Source: Candidatus Eiseniibacteriota bacterium
Lineage (GTDB): Bacteria; Eisenbacteria; RBG-16-71-46
Length of the DNA: 64,000 nucleotides
Direction of reading: 5' to 3'
Assembly: GCA_963744995.1 (NCBI GenBank)
Contig: CAVUWA010000005.1
Span: 288,001-352,000 of the forward strand
Shown: in pieces, positions 10,091 through 24,200 of the stretch
Layout of the letters: each line of letters begins with the position of its first letter
Position numbering within the stretch: the first letter of the stretch is position 1
Notes under the pieces: model-generated
What the model was told of the DNA's origin: nothing
The model's database searches: none
What the model saw: only the letters and a program-made list of their open reading frames with translations
Position numbers and translations under genes: made by a program

Positions 10091-10768
10091 ATGGAGGACG
10101 CCCTGTCACGCTCCCGTTACACCGACCGTGGCGAAGCCGGCCGCGTGCTCTCCGAGGCCCTGGCCGGGCGCGTCGCACCGCCGTGCGTGGTTGCCGGCAT
10201 CCCGCGCGGCGGCGCCCTGGTCGCGCTGCCGATCGCGCGCGCGCTGGGCTGCGCGCTGGGCCTCGCGTTCGCCCGCAAGGTGTCGGCCGAGGCGGCGCCG
10301 GAGCTGGCGATCGGCGCGATGGACGAAGACGGCCGGCTCGAAATCGACCCCGACATCGCCGCCGATCTGCACGTCTCCCCCGCCGAGCTCGGGCTCGCAC
10401 GAGAGCGGGTGCTCGCCGAGATCGAGCGCCAGAAGCGGATATTCGACGCGCCGGATCTGGCCGCACTGCTCCCGGGGCGCACGCTCGTGCTGGTGGACGA
10501 CGGCCTCGCGACCGGCGCGACGATGCGCGCGGCGATCGCCTTCGCGCGGCGCCATGGTGCGCAGCGCATCGTCGTGGCCGTGCCCTACGCGGCGGCGGAG
10601 ACCGCGGGGGTCGTCAGGGAGAGCGTCGACGACCTGGTCTGTCCGTGGTCCGATCCTGCCTTCCTTGCGGTGGGCGCCGCGTATCTCGACTTCCGCCCGG
10701 TGCGTGACGAGGAGGTGCGCGAGGCGCTGGCGCTGGCGCGGGCGGCGGCGCGCACGCGCGGCGAGTGA
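10091..10768 (+). CDS. Phosphoribosyltransferase family protein
   Basis: YTDRGEAGR, GIPRGG, VLVDDGLATGATM PRPP-binding motif. Confidence 0.88.
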   Translation: MEDALSRSRYTDRGEAGRVLSEALAGRVAPPCVVAGIPRGGALVALPIARALGCALGLAFARKVSAEAAPELAIGAMDEDGRLEIDPDIAADLHVSPAELGLARERVLAEIERQKRIFDAPDLAALLPGRTLVLVDDGLATGATMRAAIAFARRHGAQRIVVAVPYAAAETAGVVRESVDDLVCPWSDPAFLAVGAAYLDFRPVRDEEVREALALARAAARTRGE

Positions 10769-10781
10769 CACCATCGGAGGC

Positions 10782-10810
10782 TTGCCACGCCTCGCCTGCT
10801 GCGCGATGCT
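10782..10810 (+). promoter_or_regulatory. Putative promoter of the FDH operon
   Basis: TTGCCA-17nt-GATGCT upstream of the GGAGGT RBS (10834) and GTG (10845). Confidence 0.5.
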
Positions 10811-10844
10811 GTGCAGCGTCGCGTTTCACATCGGGAGGTGCACC

Positions 10845-12778
10845 GTGGCAGCACGCAGGAATTCGCGTTCCTACGAACGGCTCACGCAGCCGCTGGTCCG
10901 CGAGAACGGCGTTCTCCGTCCCGCGACCTGGGACGAAGCGCTCGATCGCGCGGCGGAGGGTTTTCGCCGGAACCGCGAAGCACACGGCCCCAACGCGCTC
11001 GGGATCTTCAGCTGCTCCAAGTCCACGAACGAGATGAACTTCGTGGCGCAGAAGCTGGCCCGGGTCGTGTTCGGGACCCACAACATCGACAGCTGCAACC
11101 GCACCTGACACGCGCCCAGCGTCGTCGGTCTGGCGACGGTCTTCGGTGCGGGGGGCGGAACGAACTCCTACCGTGAGGTGGAGGAGACGGACGTCGTCTT
11201 CCTCTGGGGCTCGAACGCGCGCGAAGCGCACCCGATCTGGTTCCACCATCTGCTGAAGGGGATCCACAACGGGGCGCGCCTCTATGTCATGGACCCGCGG
11301 CGCACGTCGTCCGCGCAGTGGGCCGACGTCTGGCTCGGTCTCCATGTCGGCACCGACATCGCGCTGGCCAACACGATGGCGCGCGAGATCATCCACGCGA
11401 ACCTCCACCATCGCGAGTTCATCGAGCGCGCGACCGAGGGCTTCGACGCCTACCGCGAGGCCGTCGAGCGTTACACGCTGGAAGAGGGCGAGCGCCTGAC
11501 CGGCGTCCCCGCCGACGTGATCCGCGAGGCCGCCCACGCCTACGCCCGCGCCGACAAGGCGATGGTCTGCTGGACGCTCGGCATCACCGAGCACCACGAC
11601 GCGACCCAGAACGTGCTCGCGCTCATCAACCTGTCGCTGCTCACCGGGCACATCGGCCGCTGGGGCTCGGGGTGCAATCCGCTGCGCGGCCAGAACAACG
11701 TGCAGGGCGGCGGCGACATGGGCGCGATCCCGAACCGGCTGCCGGGCTTCCAGGATATCCTCGATCCCGCCGTGCGCGCGCGCTTCGACACGAAGTGGAA
11801 CGTGAAGCTGCAGCCGAACGTCGGCTGGAACCTCACCGAGATGTTCCGCGCGATGGACCGCGGCGACATGACGGCGCTGCTCGTGATCGGCGAGAACCCG
11901 GCGCAGTCGGACGCCGACGCCGGGCACGTCCAGAAGCTGCTCGAGGGGCTCGATCACCTGGTCGTGCAGGAGATCTTTCTCACCCGCACCGCGCAGCTCG
12001 CCGACGTCGTGCTGCCTGCCGCGGCCTCGTGGTGCGAGGCCGAGGGCACGGTGACCAACAGCGAGCGACGCATCCAGCGCGTGCGCAAGGCCGTCGAGCC
12101 GCCCGACGGCGCGCGCGACGAGATCTGGATTCTGTGCGAGATCGCGCGCCGCATGGGCGTGGACTTCGGGAATCCGAGCGCCGAGGACGTGTGGAACGAG
12201 CTGCGCGACGTCGCGCCCGACTTCGCCGGCGGCATGAGCTACGCGCGCCTCGAGGCCCTCGGCGGCATCCAGTGGCCGTGCCCGAGCGAGGACCATCCGG
12301 GCTCGACCTTCCTGCACGGCCGCCTGTGGGAGACGCCGCGCGGCGGCCGCGCGGCGCCGTTCAAGGTGGTTCACCAGGAAGGCCCGATCGAGCAGCCCGA
12401 CGACGAGTATCCGCTGCTGCTCACCACGGGCCGGCGGCTCGAGTCCTACAACACCGGCGTCCAGTCGGGCGGCTACGCGTCGCCGCTCCGGATCGGCGAG
12501 ACGCTCGATCTGTCGCCCGAGGACGCCGCGCGCCTCGGCATCGCGAACGGCGAGTCGGTGCGGGTCACGTCGCGGCGCGGCTCGCTCACCGTGCCCGCGC
12601 GGATCGACGTGGGGCTGCGCGCCGGGATGGTGTTCATGACCCTCCACTTCCCCGACGACGTCGCGACCAACACGCTGACCATCGACGAGGCCGATCCGCT
12701 GTCGGGCACCGCCGAGTTCAAAGCCTGCGCGGTGCGCGTCGAACCGGCCGGCGTGCTCGCCGGCGGAGGCGGCGACTG

Positions 12779-12779
<1 letters not shown>
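10845..12779 (+). CDS. fdhF: Selenocysteine-containing Mo/W-bisPGD formate dehydrogenase catalytic subunit (644 aa with UGA read as Sec)
   Basis: GTG 10845 with RBS. The in-frame TGA at 11106-11108 lies in HNIDSCNRT-U-HAPS (compare FdhF DCCARVUHGPS) and the frame continues into the 11178..12779 ORF (PLRGQNNVQG, EGTVTNSERRIQ, EFKACAV). Confidence 0.92.
11106..11138 (+). promoter_or_regulatory. Sec codon and bacterial SECIS element
   Basis: TGA, 11-nt spacer, stem CGTCGTC(11120-26)/GGCGACG(11132-38), apical loop GGTCT; same geometry as the E. coli fdhF SECIS. Confidence 0.85.
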
Positions 12780-15616
<2,837 letters not shown>

Positions 15617-15643
15617 CCCGCCGCTGCCGCGCCGCGGCGCACA

Positions 15644-18214
15644 TCAGCGCAGCACGACCACCCGCTTGGCCCGGTGCTCGCCCGGTGAGGTCAGCCGCAG
15701 GAAGTACACGCCTCCGGGGAGCTGCGGCCGGAACACCAGCCGGCGGATCCCCGTCTGCGTGGCCCGTTCGTCGAAGAGCGTCCTGACGAGCCGGCCGTTC
15801 ACGTCGAACAGCTCCACCCGTGTGCGCTCTCCACGGCGGGCCACGAAGGCGACCGTGCCCGCGCCGTGCAGTGGATTCGGGCTCAGATGCAGGCCGGCGA
15901 AGAGGGCGACGGAATCGCCCACCGAAACCGACACCGGCGGCAGCTCGTAGGCACCCATGTCCACCGTTGACCCGATGATACGGGCCGCGCCGTCCAGGTC
16001 GTGGGTCGGCAGGTTCGGAGCACCGACGTCGCCGGCGTCGCGCGCGGGCGAGGTCGTGCTCGGCCGCAGGTTGCCATTCGACGCGTCAACGTACTGCGGA
16101 TCGACATCGAGATTGCCGCCCAGATCCTGGCCGAACGCGGGATCCCAGCCGGCCCCGCTGCCGCCCGAGCCCTGCACGATCGAGTGGTGGATCGCGGGCG
16201 CCGGGCCGTCCACCCCGATCTCGGCGGGCCCGCCGGTGTCACCCCACAGAATCGAGTTCCAGATCCCCGTCGTGCCGCCCGCGCCGGCGACCGCGACTGC
16301 CGCCCCACCGCCGCCCGCGGCGTTGCCGTTGAAGCTGGCGCTGGTGATCGTGGTGCCGCCGCCATCGTCGTAGAGCGCGCCGCCGGCGACCGCCGCCGTG
16401 TTCGCGTAGAAGACGGCGCCCGCGATCGTCATGGCGCCCGCGTCGTTGTAGACCGCGCCGCCCGTGCCGGCGACCGCCGCGTTGTTCGTGAAGACCACGT
16501 CGCGCAGCGCGGGAGCGCCGCCCGTGCTGTAGAGGCCGCCGCCCGACGAGGCGGCGGTGTTGCCGCTGAACGTGACGTCGTTGAGCGCGAGTGCGCCGCC
16601 GGCCGCGTACATGCCGCCGCCCGTGCCCGCCGTGTTGCCGGTCACCACGAGGTGCTCGTACGTCTGGCTGCCCCCGCCGGTCGAGAGGATACCGCCGCCC
16701 GCCTGCGCGGCCAGCGCGCCGGCGTTGCCGCCGGTGACGGTGAAGCCGTCGAGGTGCGCGCCGGGGCCGGCCGTGACCACATGGCGCGCGTTGTCGGCGG
16801 CGTTGCCGATGGTGCCGATGTCGCCGCTCAGCACGGTGACGTGCGCCGTCCAGTCGCGCTCGGCGCGTGCGGTCTCGGTGCCGGCGAAGCCGCCGTACAC
16901 CCCGACGCCGGCCGGCAGCGCGAAGGTGGCGTAGCCGGCCGGCGGCCCGTCGATGACGATGTCGTCCAGGGCCATCTGCCCCGCCGGGTCCTCGAAGCGC
17001 AGGCTCACGAGGTCGGTGAACGACGCGGGCAGCACGAAGGTCTGGTAGTCGTCCACGCCGCCGGGGCCGTCGCCGATGCCGTCGATGTCGTACGTGGTGT
17101 CGGCCTGTGCGCCGTTTGCGAAGAAGCCCGTCACGGTGATCGTGCGGGCAACGAAGTCGATGTCCTCGCCCGCACGGAACGAAAACGGCGTGAAGGTGCC
17201 GCCATCCACCCGGGTGAGCGTGCCCACGATGTTGTCCATGAAGTAGGAACGCGTGCCGTTGTAGGCGCCATCGGCGTCCCACTCGAGCCCGCTGCCGGAC
17301 GAGTTCATGCGGTACCCGCGCGATTCGACGGGGTCGATGTAGAAGAAGTCGTTGAGCGCGAGCGCGGGGCCGTCTTCGAAGTCCACGACGGTCGCCGCGC
17401 GCGGCCGGTACGTGCCGGCCGCCACCCAGACCTCGCTCGTGCCGCAGGCGGCGAGCGCCAGCCCGTCGTCAAGATTCGTGAACGCGTCGGCCCATGACGA
17501 GCCGTCGCTCGCGCCCGTGGCGGCGGCGTTCACGTAGACGATCGCGGGCGCCGGGCACTGCACGGCCTCGACGCGGATGCTGAAGTTGGCGACCGGACTG
17601 CCGAGGAAGTTGAACAGCCCGCCGTTCTCGTTGAAGTAGTCGTGGCTGAAGCCGGTGGCCGGCGGATCGTGCAACACGAGACCGGCGCTGGTGCTCGAGA
17701 AACGCACGCCGACCCACAGGTCCGGCCCGATGATGGGATGCGTGTTCGTAACGACGGTGGCCCGATTGCGGCCGCGCGGCAGCCCCGTCACCGTGTACGG
17801 GCCCCACAGGAGCGGCGTGCCGATGTCGTTGCCGCCCGGGTTGCCGTAGACCGACACCGTCGCCGCGATCGAGTCCGTCGCCGTCGATGGATCGTCGTAG
17901 TCGAACGTGATCCGGTAGAGCGGCCCGCTGGTGACGCCGTGCAAGTCGTCGCGCGGCTCCTGGCCGTTCTGGCCGCCGAAGAACGTGAGATCGGATGGCG
18001 CGGCGAGGTTGTCGTAGATCACCACGGTGGGAACCGCCGCGCCCGCGACACGGCACGCGAGCAGCGCCGCAAGCACGCCCGCCCCGCACGCGAACCGCCG
18101 GAGCGCCGCTCCCCTGCGTCGCTCCGGCACGGCCGCGCGCGCCGCCTGAGTCCCGCTCGCGACGGGCGATCCGGACCGGCCGACGCCGGCCCGGATCCAC
18201 ACCGCGCGCGTCAC
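15644..18214 (-). CDS. Secreted beta-helix (polymorphic-membrane/pectin-lyase-like repeat) protein with T9SS-type C-terminal sorting domain
   Basis: Signal-like N-terminus; YVNAAATGASDGSSWADAFTNL; VYGGFAGTET; GGG..FxxN repeats; VDMGAYE; C-terminal PNP...FDVNGRLVRTL...GVYFLRL. Confidence 0.82.
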   Translation of the reverse strand: MTRAVWIRAGVGRSGSPVASGTQAARAAVPERRRGAALRRFACGAGVLAALLACRVAGAAVPTVVIYDNLAAPSDLTFFGGQNGQEPRDDLHGVTSGPLYRITFDYDDPSTATDSIAATVSVYGNPGGNDIGTPLLWGPYTVTGLPRGRNRATVVTNTHPIIGPDLWVGVRFSSTSAGLVLHDPPATGFSHDYFNENGGLFNFLGSPVANFSIRVEAVQCPAPAIVYVNAAATGASDGSSWADAFTNLDDGLALAACGTSEVWVAAGTYRPRAATVVDFEDGPALALNDFFYIDPVESRGYRMNSSGSGLEWDADGAYNGTRSYFMDNIVGTLTRVDGGTFTPFSFRAGEDIDFVARTITVTGFFANGAQADTTYDIDGIGDGPGGVDDYQTFVLPASFTDLVSLRFEDPAGQMALDDIVIDGPPAGYATFALPAGVGVYGGFAGTETARAERDWTAHVTVLSGDIGTIGNAADNARHVVTAGPGAHLDGFTVTGGNAGALAAQAGGGILSTGGGSQTYEHLVVTGNTAGTGGGMYAAGGALALNDVTFSGNTAASSGGGLYSTGGAPALRDVVFTNNAAVAGTGGAVYNDAGAMTIAGAVFYANTAAVAGGALYDDGGGTTITSASFNGNAAGGGGAAVAVAGAGGTTGIWNSILWGDTGGPAEIGVDGPAPAIHHSIVQGSGGSGAGWDPAFGQDLGGNLDVDPQYVDASNGNLRPSTTSPARDAGDVGAPNLPTHDLDGAARIIGSTVDMGAYELPPVSVSVGDSVALFAGLHLSPNPLHGAGTVAFVARRGERTRVELFDVNGRLVRTLFDERATQTGIRRLVFRPQLPGGVYFLRLTSPGEHRAKRVVVLR

Positions 18215-21200
18215 CTGAGGATCAGCAGCTTGTGCGAGTACGCCTTCCCGCCGGCCTCGAGCCGGTAGAAGTAGACCCCCGCGGACAGCCTCGCCCCGTC
18301 AAACGCCACGTCGTGCCAGCCCGCTTCCATGCGGCCGTGGACCAGCGTCGCGCGATTGCGGCCGGCCAGGTCGAACACCTTGAGGCTCACGCGCTCCGCC
18401 GCCGGCAGACCGAACCGGATGACGGTCGACTCCATCCCGGCCCGGAACGGATTCGGGAAGTTCCCCGCGAGCCTCAGCTCGGTCGGCATCCGCACGAGCT
18501 GTTCGGGCGTGCCGCCGGCCTCCATCGCCACGAGCCCGCCGGTCGCCCCGTACGCCGCGTCCGCGACGAACGCCACTCCGCCGCTCACGTCGTACAGCGC
18601 CTGCTCGTTGGGATCGTAGACCCGGAACTTCACGTTCTCGCCGCCGGTCGAGTTGCCGTACACCATCATGAACGCGCCGAGCGCCCCGGACGCCGAGTAC
18701 GGCTTGAGGTGCGCCATGCCGCGCACCTCGCCGTCCACGACGGCGAGCACCACGAAGCGCTCATTCAGCGCGCGGCCGTCCTCGAAAGCGACCGCCGCGC
18801 TGACGGTCATGTCGTAGCGGTAGCGGCGCGGATCCACCGTCCACGTGTAGTCGCCGCCTTCCGAAGACGGCGCCGTCATCGTGAAGCCGCCGGTGATGCC
18901 GGCACCGGTTCCGCCGAAGCCCGCCCGCCTGCCGATCGGCGTGACGCCCGGCGCGGCGCCCGCCGAGGGCGTCTCGCCCGCGATCAGCAGCGGCATCGGG
19001 GCGTTCTGATCCGGGTAGACCAGGTCCTGCGCCCCCACATGCTGCAGGTAGAGCTTGTAGCCCGCGCCCGGCTTCATCGCGGCGAGCGATCCGACCCAGT
19101 CCGTGCCGTCGTACTGGGCGAACGCGTCCCGGCCGACGATCAGGTCGCCCGTCGTCTTCGTGAGCCCGTCGAGCGCGTCGTTCAGCGTCGTGTCGCGCGG
19201 CAGCGGATAGCCGATCCACGTCCATCCGCTGTCCACCGGCACCGGCGTCGTGGGGATGTCCACGGGATTGCCGCGGTGACGGATCACCCCGGCCTGCGAC
19301 ACGTGCAGCAGGTACGTCGAGCGCACGTCGAGGCTGTCGAGGCCGCCGAGCGGCTGCCAGCCCACCGAATCGGTGTAGGTGGCGTAGCCCTCGACGTGGT
19401 TCTTCACCTGGTCGCCGGGTAGCGGGTTCAGGTTGCCCAGCACCTCGGCCACATCCATGCCGTCGGCGAAGTTGGCCTTGCGGTTCAGCGAGAACCAGTT
19501 CCAGCCCGCTTCGACCGGGATCATCTGCTCGCCGGTGTTGACCGAATTGAGCGTGGCGATGGCGAGCGGATTCGCCACCGTTCCCATGTTGCCCTGCGAC
19601 GCGAACTGAACGACCGGGCTCGCATCCGACGTCAGGCAGTTGGCGTTGTCGTAGACCTTGAACCGGATCCGCTCGCCGGCCGTGAACTTGCCGTAGATGG
19701 TGAGGAACGCGCGATTGCCGGACGGCGTCGAGATCGGCGCCGCCACGCCGCGCACCTCGTTGCCCACGAACGCCGCCACCGTGTCGTCGAGCGCCGCGGG
19801 CAGATCGCCGAGCGGCCCCTTCTCCACGTCCGCGACCACCGTCATGCTGTACTGGTAGTCGGCCGGATTCACCGTCCAGTTCGGCGTGCCGCAGATCACG
19901 TCGAGGTGCACGGGGAGGTTGCTCGCGACGATGAAGTTATGGGTCACGGGCTCGTAGGCGGTCGCTATGATCGTGGTGTCGTACGGAGTACCGAGCTTCA
20001 GCGTGTCCGCAACCTCGAACACGAAGTCATGCGTCTCGAGCGCGTTGAGCGAGCCGGTGGCGTTCGGCACGGCCAGCCACGGCGGCAGCCCCGTGAGCTC
20101 GTAGTCCACGTCCTGCGTGAGACCGTTGACGAGGCTCACCTGGAACGAGCTGGCCTGCCCCGCCGCGACGTCCTTCGACACCAGCGCCGGCGCCCACGCG
20201 AATTCGTTGCGCTGGACGAGGAACGTCCAGCTGGTGTCCGCCGCGAGCGCGTTGCCGGTCACGTCCTTGACGCCGCTCACCGTCACGCGCAGCTGCTGCG
20301 TCTCGAGCGAATCGAGCCGCGGCGAGACCGGCGTGATCGTCAGCGTGCGTCCGTCGCAGACGACGCCGTTCTGCTGCGCCGTCTTGAGGATCACCGGGTA
20401 CCACGTGCTGCCGAGATCGCTCGAGCGCTCGACCTTGATGTTCGGCGTCGCGCCGCTGGCCGTCACCTTCGAACAGTCGATGTCTTCACTGAACTTGACC
20501 GAGATGCTGCCGTTCAGCGTGAGCGTGCCGCCGTCGGGCGGCGTGAATCCGGCGATCTGCGGCGCGCCACGGTCGATCCGCCCCGTCGCCTGCGCCACGT
20601 AGAACTTGGTGCCGTTGCACTGGGTCCACGCCATCACGTCGTACGAACTGTCCGGCAGGCTGCTCGGTGGATACCAGACGTATTCCTTCGGCAGCAGGTC
20701 GAGCGGATGCTCCGGAGTGTTCGTGTACGAAACGATCGGAGTCGGCGTGTCGTCGGAGTTGCTGCGCCGGTAGTCGGCGCCGATCGCCTGCACCACGTTG
20801 GGGGTGGCGTCGGTGCTCCCCACCGACAGGGTGTAGTTGTCCAGGTCGATGATGACGCTGTCCTTGCTGGCGTTCACCGCCCAGCCCGGCTTCGGCGCGA
20901 GCATGTCGATGTCGCTGCATGGCGCGTCGAACTGCACGTGGAACGTCACCGTGTCGGCGAGCTGCAGGTCGCCGCCGTTCCGCCAGTTGTCGATTTCGCA
21001 CGCCGGCGCGATCGCGACCTTCAGATCCGGATAGTCGTACTTGCGCGGACCGCGCTCGACCGTGAGCGTGGCCTCCTGGTCGCCGGGCGCCAGGACGAAC
21101 GACGCCCCGCCGGCGAACTGGCCGCCGTTCACCTTGATGATCGCGCCGCCCGGGTTCGAGGTCTGGATCGGGAACAGCACGTACTCGCGATTCTCGTCGG

Positions 21201-24200
21201 TCGGCGACGAATTCGTCATCCGCAGCGTAAAGACCGCCGGCTGATCGGGCGGCACGCCCTGCTGGTTCTCGGGGTTGAGCCCGATCGACACGCCGTCACG
21301 CGGCTGGCTGCGCGCCGCACCCGTCGTGGGGTCGTACCACGGCTCGTACGGGCACGAGCTGGTGCCGATCGTCCCGACGTTCGACACGTCGAACACCGGC
21401 GTGCCGTAGACCGGATCGTCCTTGACGTCGACGTTGAAGTAGTCGCCGATGTCGTCGTCGCTCAGCACGTAGCCCACCGTCTTCGAGTTCTCGGTCGACG
21501 AGCCTGTCCCGACCGTGGCTTCGAGCTTGAGCCTGCCCCCCCACTTTGCGTCGGGACCGGTGCCGACGATGTCGAAGTTGTAGCCCGCGGCCACGTCGTC
21601 GTTGGTGAACACGGTCACGGTCGTCTTGTAGCTCTTGGTCGTCGTGGTAGTTTTCGAATACTCCTCGGTGGCGCCGGCGCTGAACGACTTGTTCTCCACG
21701 AGCTTCGCGACCTTGCGAAGCGAGTCGTTGCGCGCGATCCAGCTCTGCAGGTTCGCGGCCGACGACTCCCAGATCATCGCGTCGGCATCGTCGTTCGCCT
21801 TGTGGAAGCCGTCCGCGATCTCGAGCTGCTCCGGGATCAGATGGTCGCGGATGTGCTTCTCGGTATAGAGGAACGCGGTCTTCACGCCGTTGGACCCGAC
21901 CGCGGTCGAGACCGACGGCTCGACGGTGCAGGTCGAGCCGCTGACGATCGCATCGATGACGTCGGTCTTCGCGAAGCTGAAGTTGATCCCGGCCGCGGCG
22001 TAGAGGTCGGCGTCGTGGCCGATGAAGGTCTGGTCAGCGGACGTGGAGATCCGGTTGCGGATGGTCGTGCACACCTGGAAGTGCTGGTCCTCGGTGACGC
22101 TGACCCCCAGCTCCAGGTTGCCGATGACGAAGTTCTCGCTCGTGACCTGCGCGAGGTAGCCGAATCCGGTCGAGAACCGCGCGCCGATCTTTACGGTGAA
22201 GTCCTGATAGGTGCTCAGCGACTCGAGCCCCACCCTGTCGAGAACGGTGCAGGACGTCCTGCCCTCGTCCATGTACGCGTAGGAGTGATCCCCCGGCGGG
22301 TCGCGCAGGATCAGGACCGGAATGCCTTCCGCCACGGTGCTGAACGTGGACGGGCGCGGGCGGTGTCCCGTCACGAGCACCCAGTCCGTCTGGCGCACCG
22401 GGTCGCGGCCCGGAACGTCGACGAACACGGTGAACGCTTTCTGGTAGGAGCGGTTGTGGCCCCCCAGATCCGTGCGGCCCGCGTAGACGTTCGGCGTATT
22501 CGCCGCCGTATGATAGCGCGCGACACCGTTCTTCAGCCCCACCGTGACGGGATCCGAATTGTCGATCACCTCGTCGTAGATCACCACGTCGGCGGTGTCG
22601 AGCGGGCACAGATTGCCGTTGCCGTAGTCCTCGTACACTTTGATCTGCAGGTCCTTGCCGACGGTCTGGTCCAGGACCGCGTCGGGCAGCGCGCCGTGCT
22701 TGCCGCCCGGCAGCACCAGTTCGGTGAAGGTCACCGGATCCCAGCCCTCGATCGCGACCTTGAGCGGGGCGGTGTAAACGACGTCCTGCGTCTGCGAATC
22801 GGCTGTCAGGTCGACGTCGAGCGCGCCGAGCTGGCTGAAGAACTGCCGCACCAGCACCGGGTTGAGATCGGCCGGGATGTCCGTTACCCCCAGCACGACG
22901 ATCGAGTAGCTTCCCGGAGGCAGCGTTTCCGAGTAGGTGGTGCCCGTCACCACGGTGTCGCGGAAGCACAGGTTCTCGCTCGCGATCTCGAACGTGACCG
23001 TCCCCACCGAGACGCCCGGGCAGCGTCCGCCGACGCGGCCCGCCAGCGTCCGCGTCGTGAGGTCGGAGAACTCGAACCCCGCCGAGTCCGCGCTTGCGAA
23101 GAAGTTGTAGAGCTGCGGACTGAACGTGTGGCCGTCCAGCTGCGGGGCGATCTGGTGCGGCCCCTGATCGACCGCTACGGCGAAGCGGCCGCCCTTGTCG
23201 GTCGCGCCCTGCGGCGTGCCGTCCACCAGGATCGTGACGTTGGGCGCCGGGCAATCGGTGCCGGCGTAGACGATCGTGCCCGAGATCGTGTGGGACGTGA
23301 TGTCGTTGAAGGCGACCTCGTTCTGCACCGGCGTCTGCGGATTCAGCGTGATGGTCTTGAACTCCGGCCCGAAGTCGCGCTGGCTGTCGACCGGGCGCAC
23401 GATGAAGTCGGTGCCCGTGCCGTAGCGCAGGCCCTTGAGCGTGTAGTTGCCCTGGTCGTCGGTGACCGCGAACGTCTCGAGCGGCGCCGACTCGGCGCTC
23501 CAGTGCACGCCGCCGACCGTCTTCGCGTAGAGCTGGTTCGGCGACAGGTCTTCCATCGCGGGCTCGTCGAACTGGTCGAGCGGCCAGTACGCCAGCAGGT
23601 CCTGCTCGGCGCCGGTTCGCTTCGCCAGGCGATCCGCCTGGATCTCGCTCTGGGTGAGCGCGCGATCCCAGATGCGCACCTCGTCCAGCCGGCCGCCGAA
23701 GAACTCGGAGGCCGCGCTGCCGTTCCAGCGCGCGCCGATGGCCCAGCCGTCCGCGGGCTTCGTGTCGGTCGTGGCCGCGAGGCTCAGCGTCTCGAGGCTG
23801 CCGCCGTCGCGGTACACCTTGATGGTCGGGAACGCCGCGACGACCGCCAGGTGCTGCCATTGATCGCGCGCGAGCGCGCCGGTCGTCGCCACCGTGCTGG
23901 CGCCCGAGCGCACTTCCACGTGCCCGTCGGCCGTCAGCCGGATGCCGAACAGGTTCGAGGCGCCGTCGCTCTTGGAGAGCAGGCTCGCGGTCGCGCCGGG
24001 CCGCGGATTCACCCACAGGTCGACCGTGAACGTATCCGGAATCGCGAAGCCCTTCGTGAGCAGGTAGCCGCCGATGCCGTCGAAGAGCAGCGCGTTGTTG
24101 GCGGCGGGATCGAGCTCCACCGTGACGCCGGAGACGCCCGACCCCGCGTTCGTGGCCACCCGGCCGCCGATCGTGCCGTTCGGCTTCGTGCGGCCGTAGT

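Noticed and set aside
9825..11108. ORF ending at TGA 11108, read as a separate gene or as an FDH pseudogene
   Set aside because: Only the part from GTG 10845 is FDH-like, and the TGA is at the Sec position with a SECIS.
11318..12778. N-terminal 487 aa of the 1432-aa ORF
   Set aside because: Off-frame overlap of the FDH gene; the real start is the coupled ATG at 12779.
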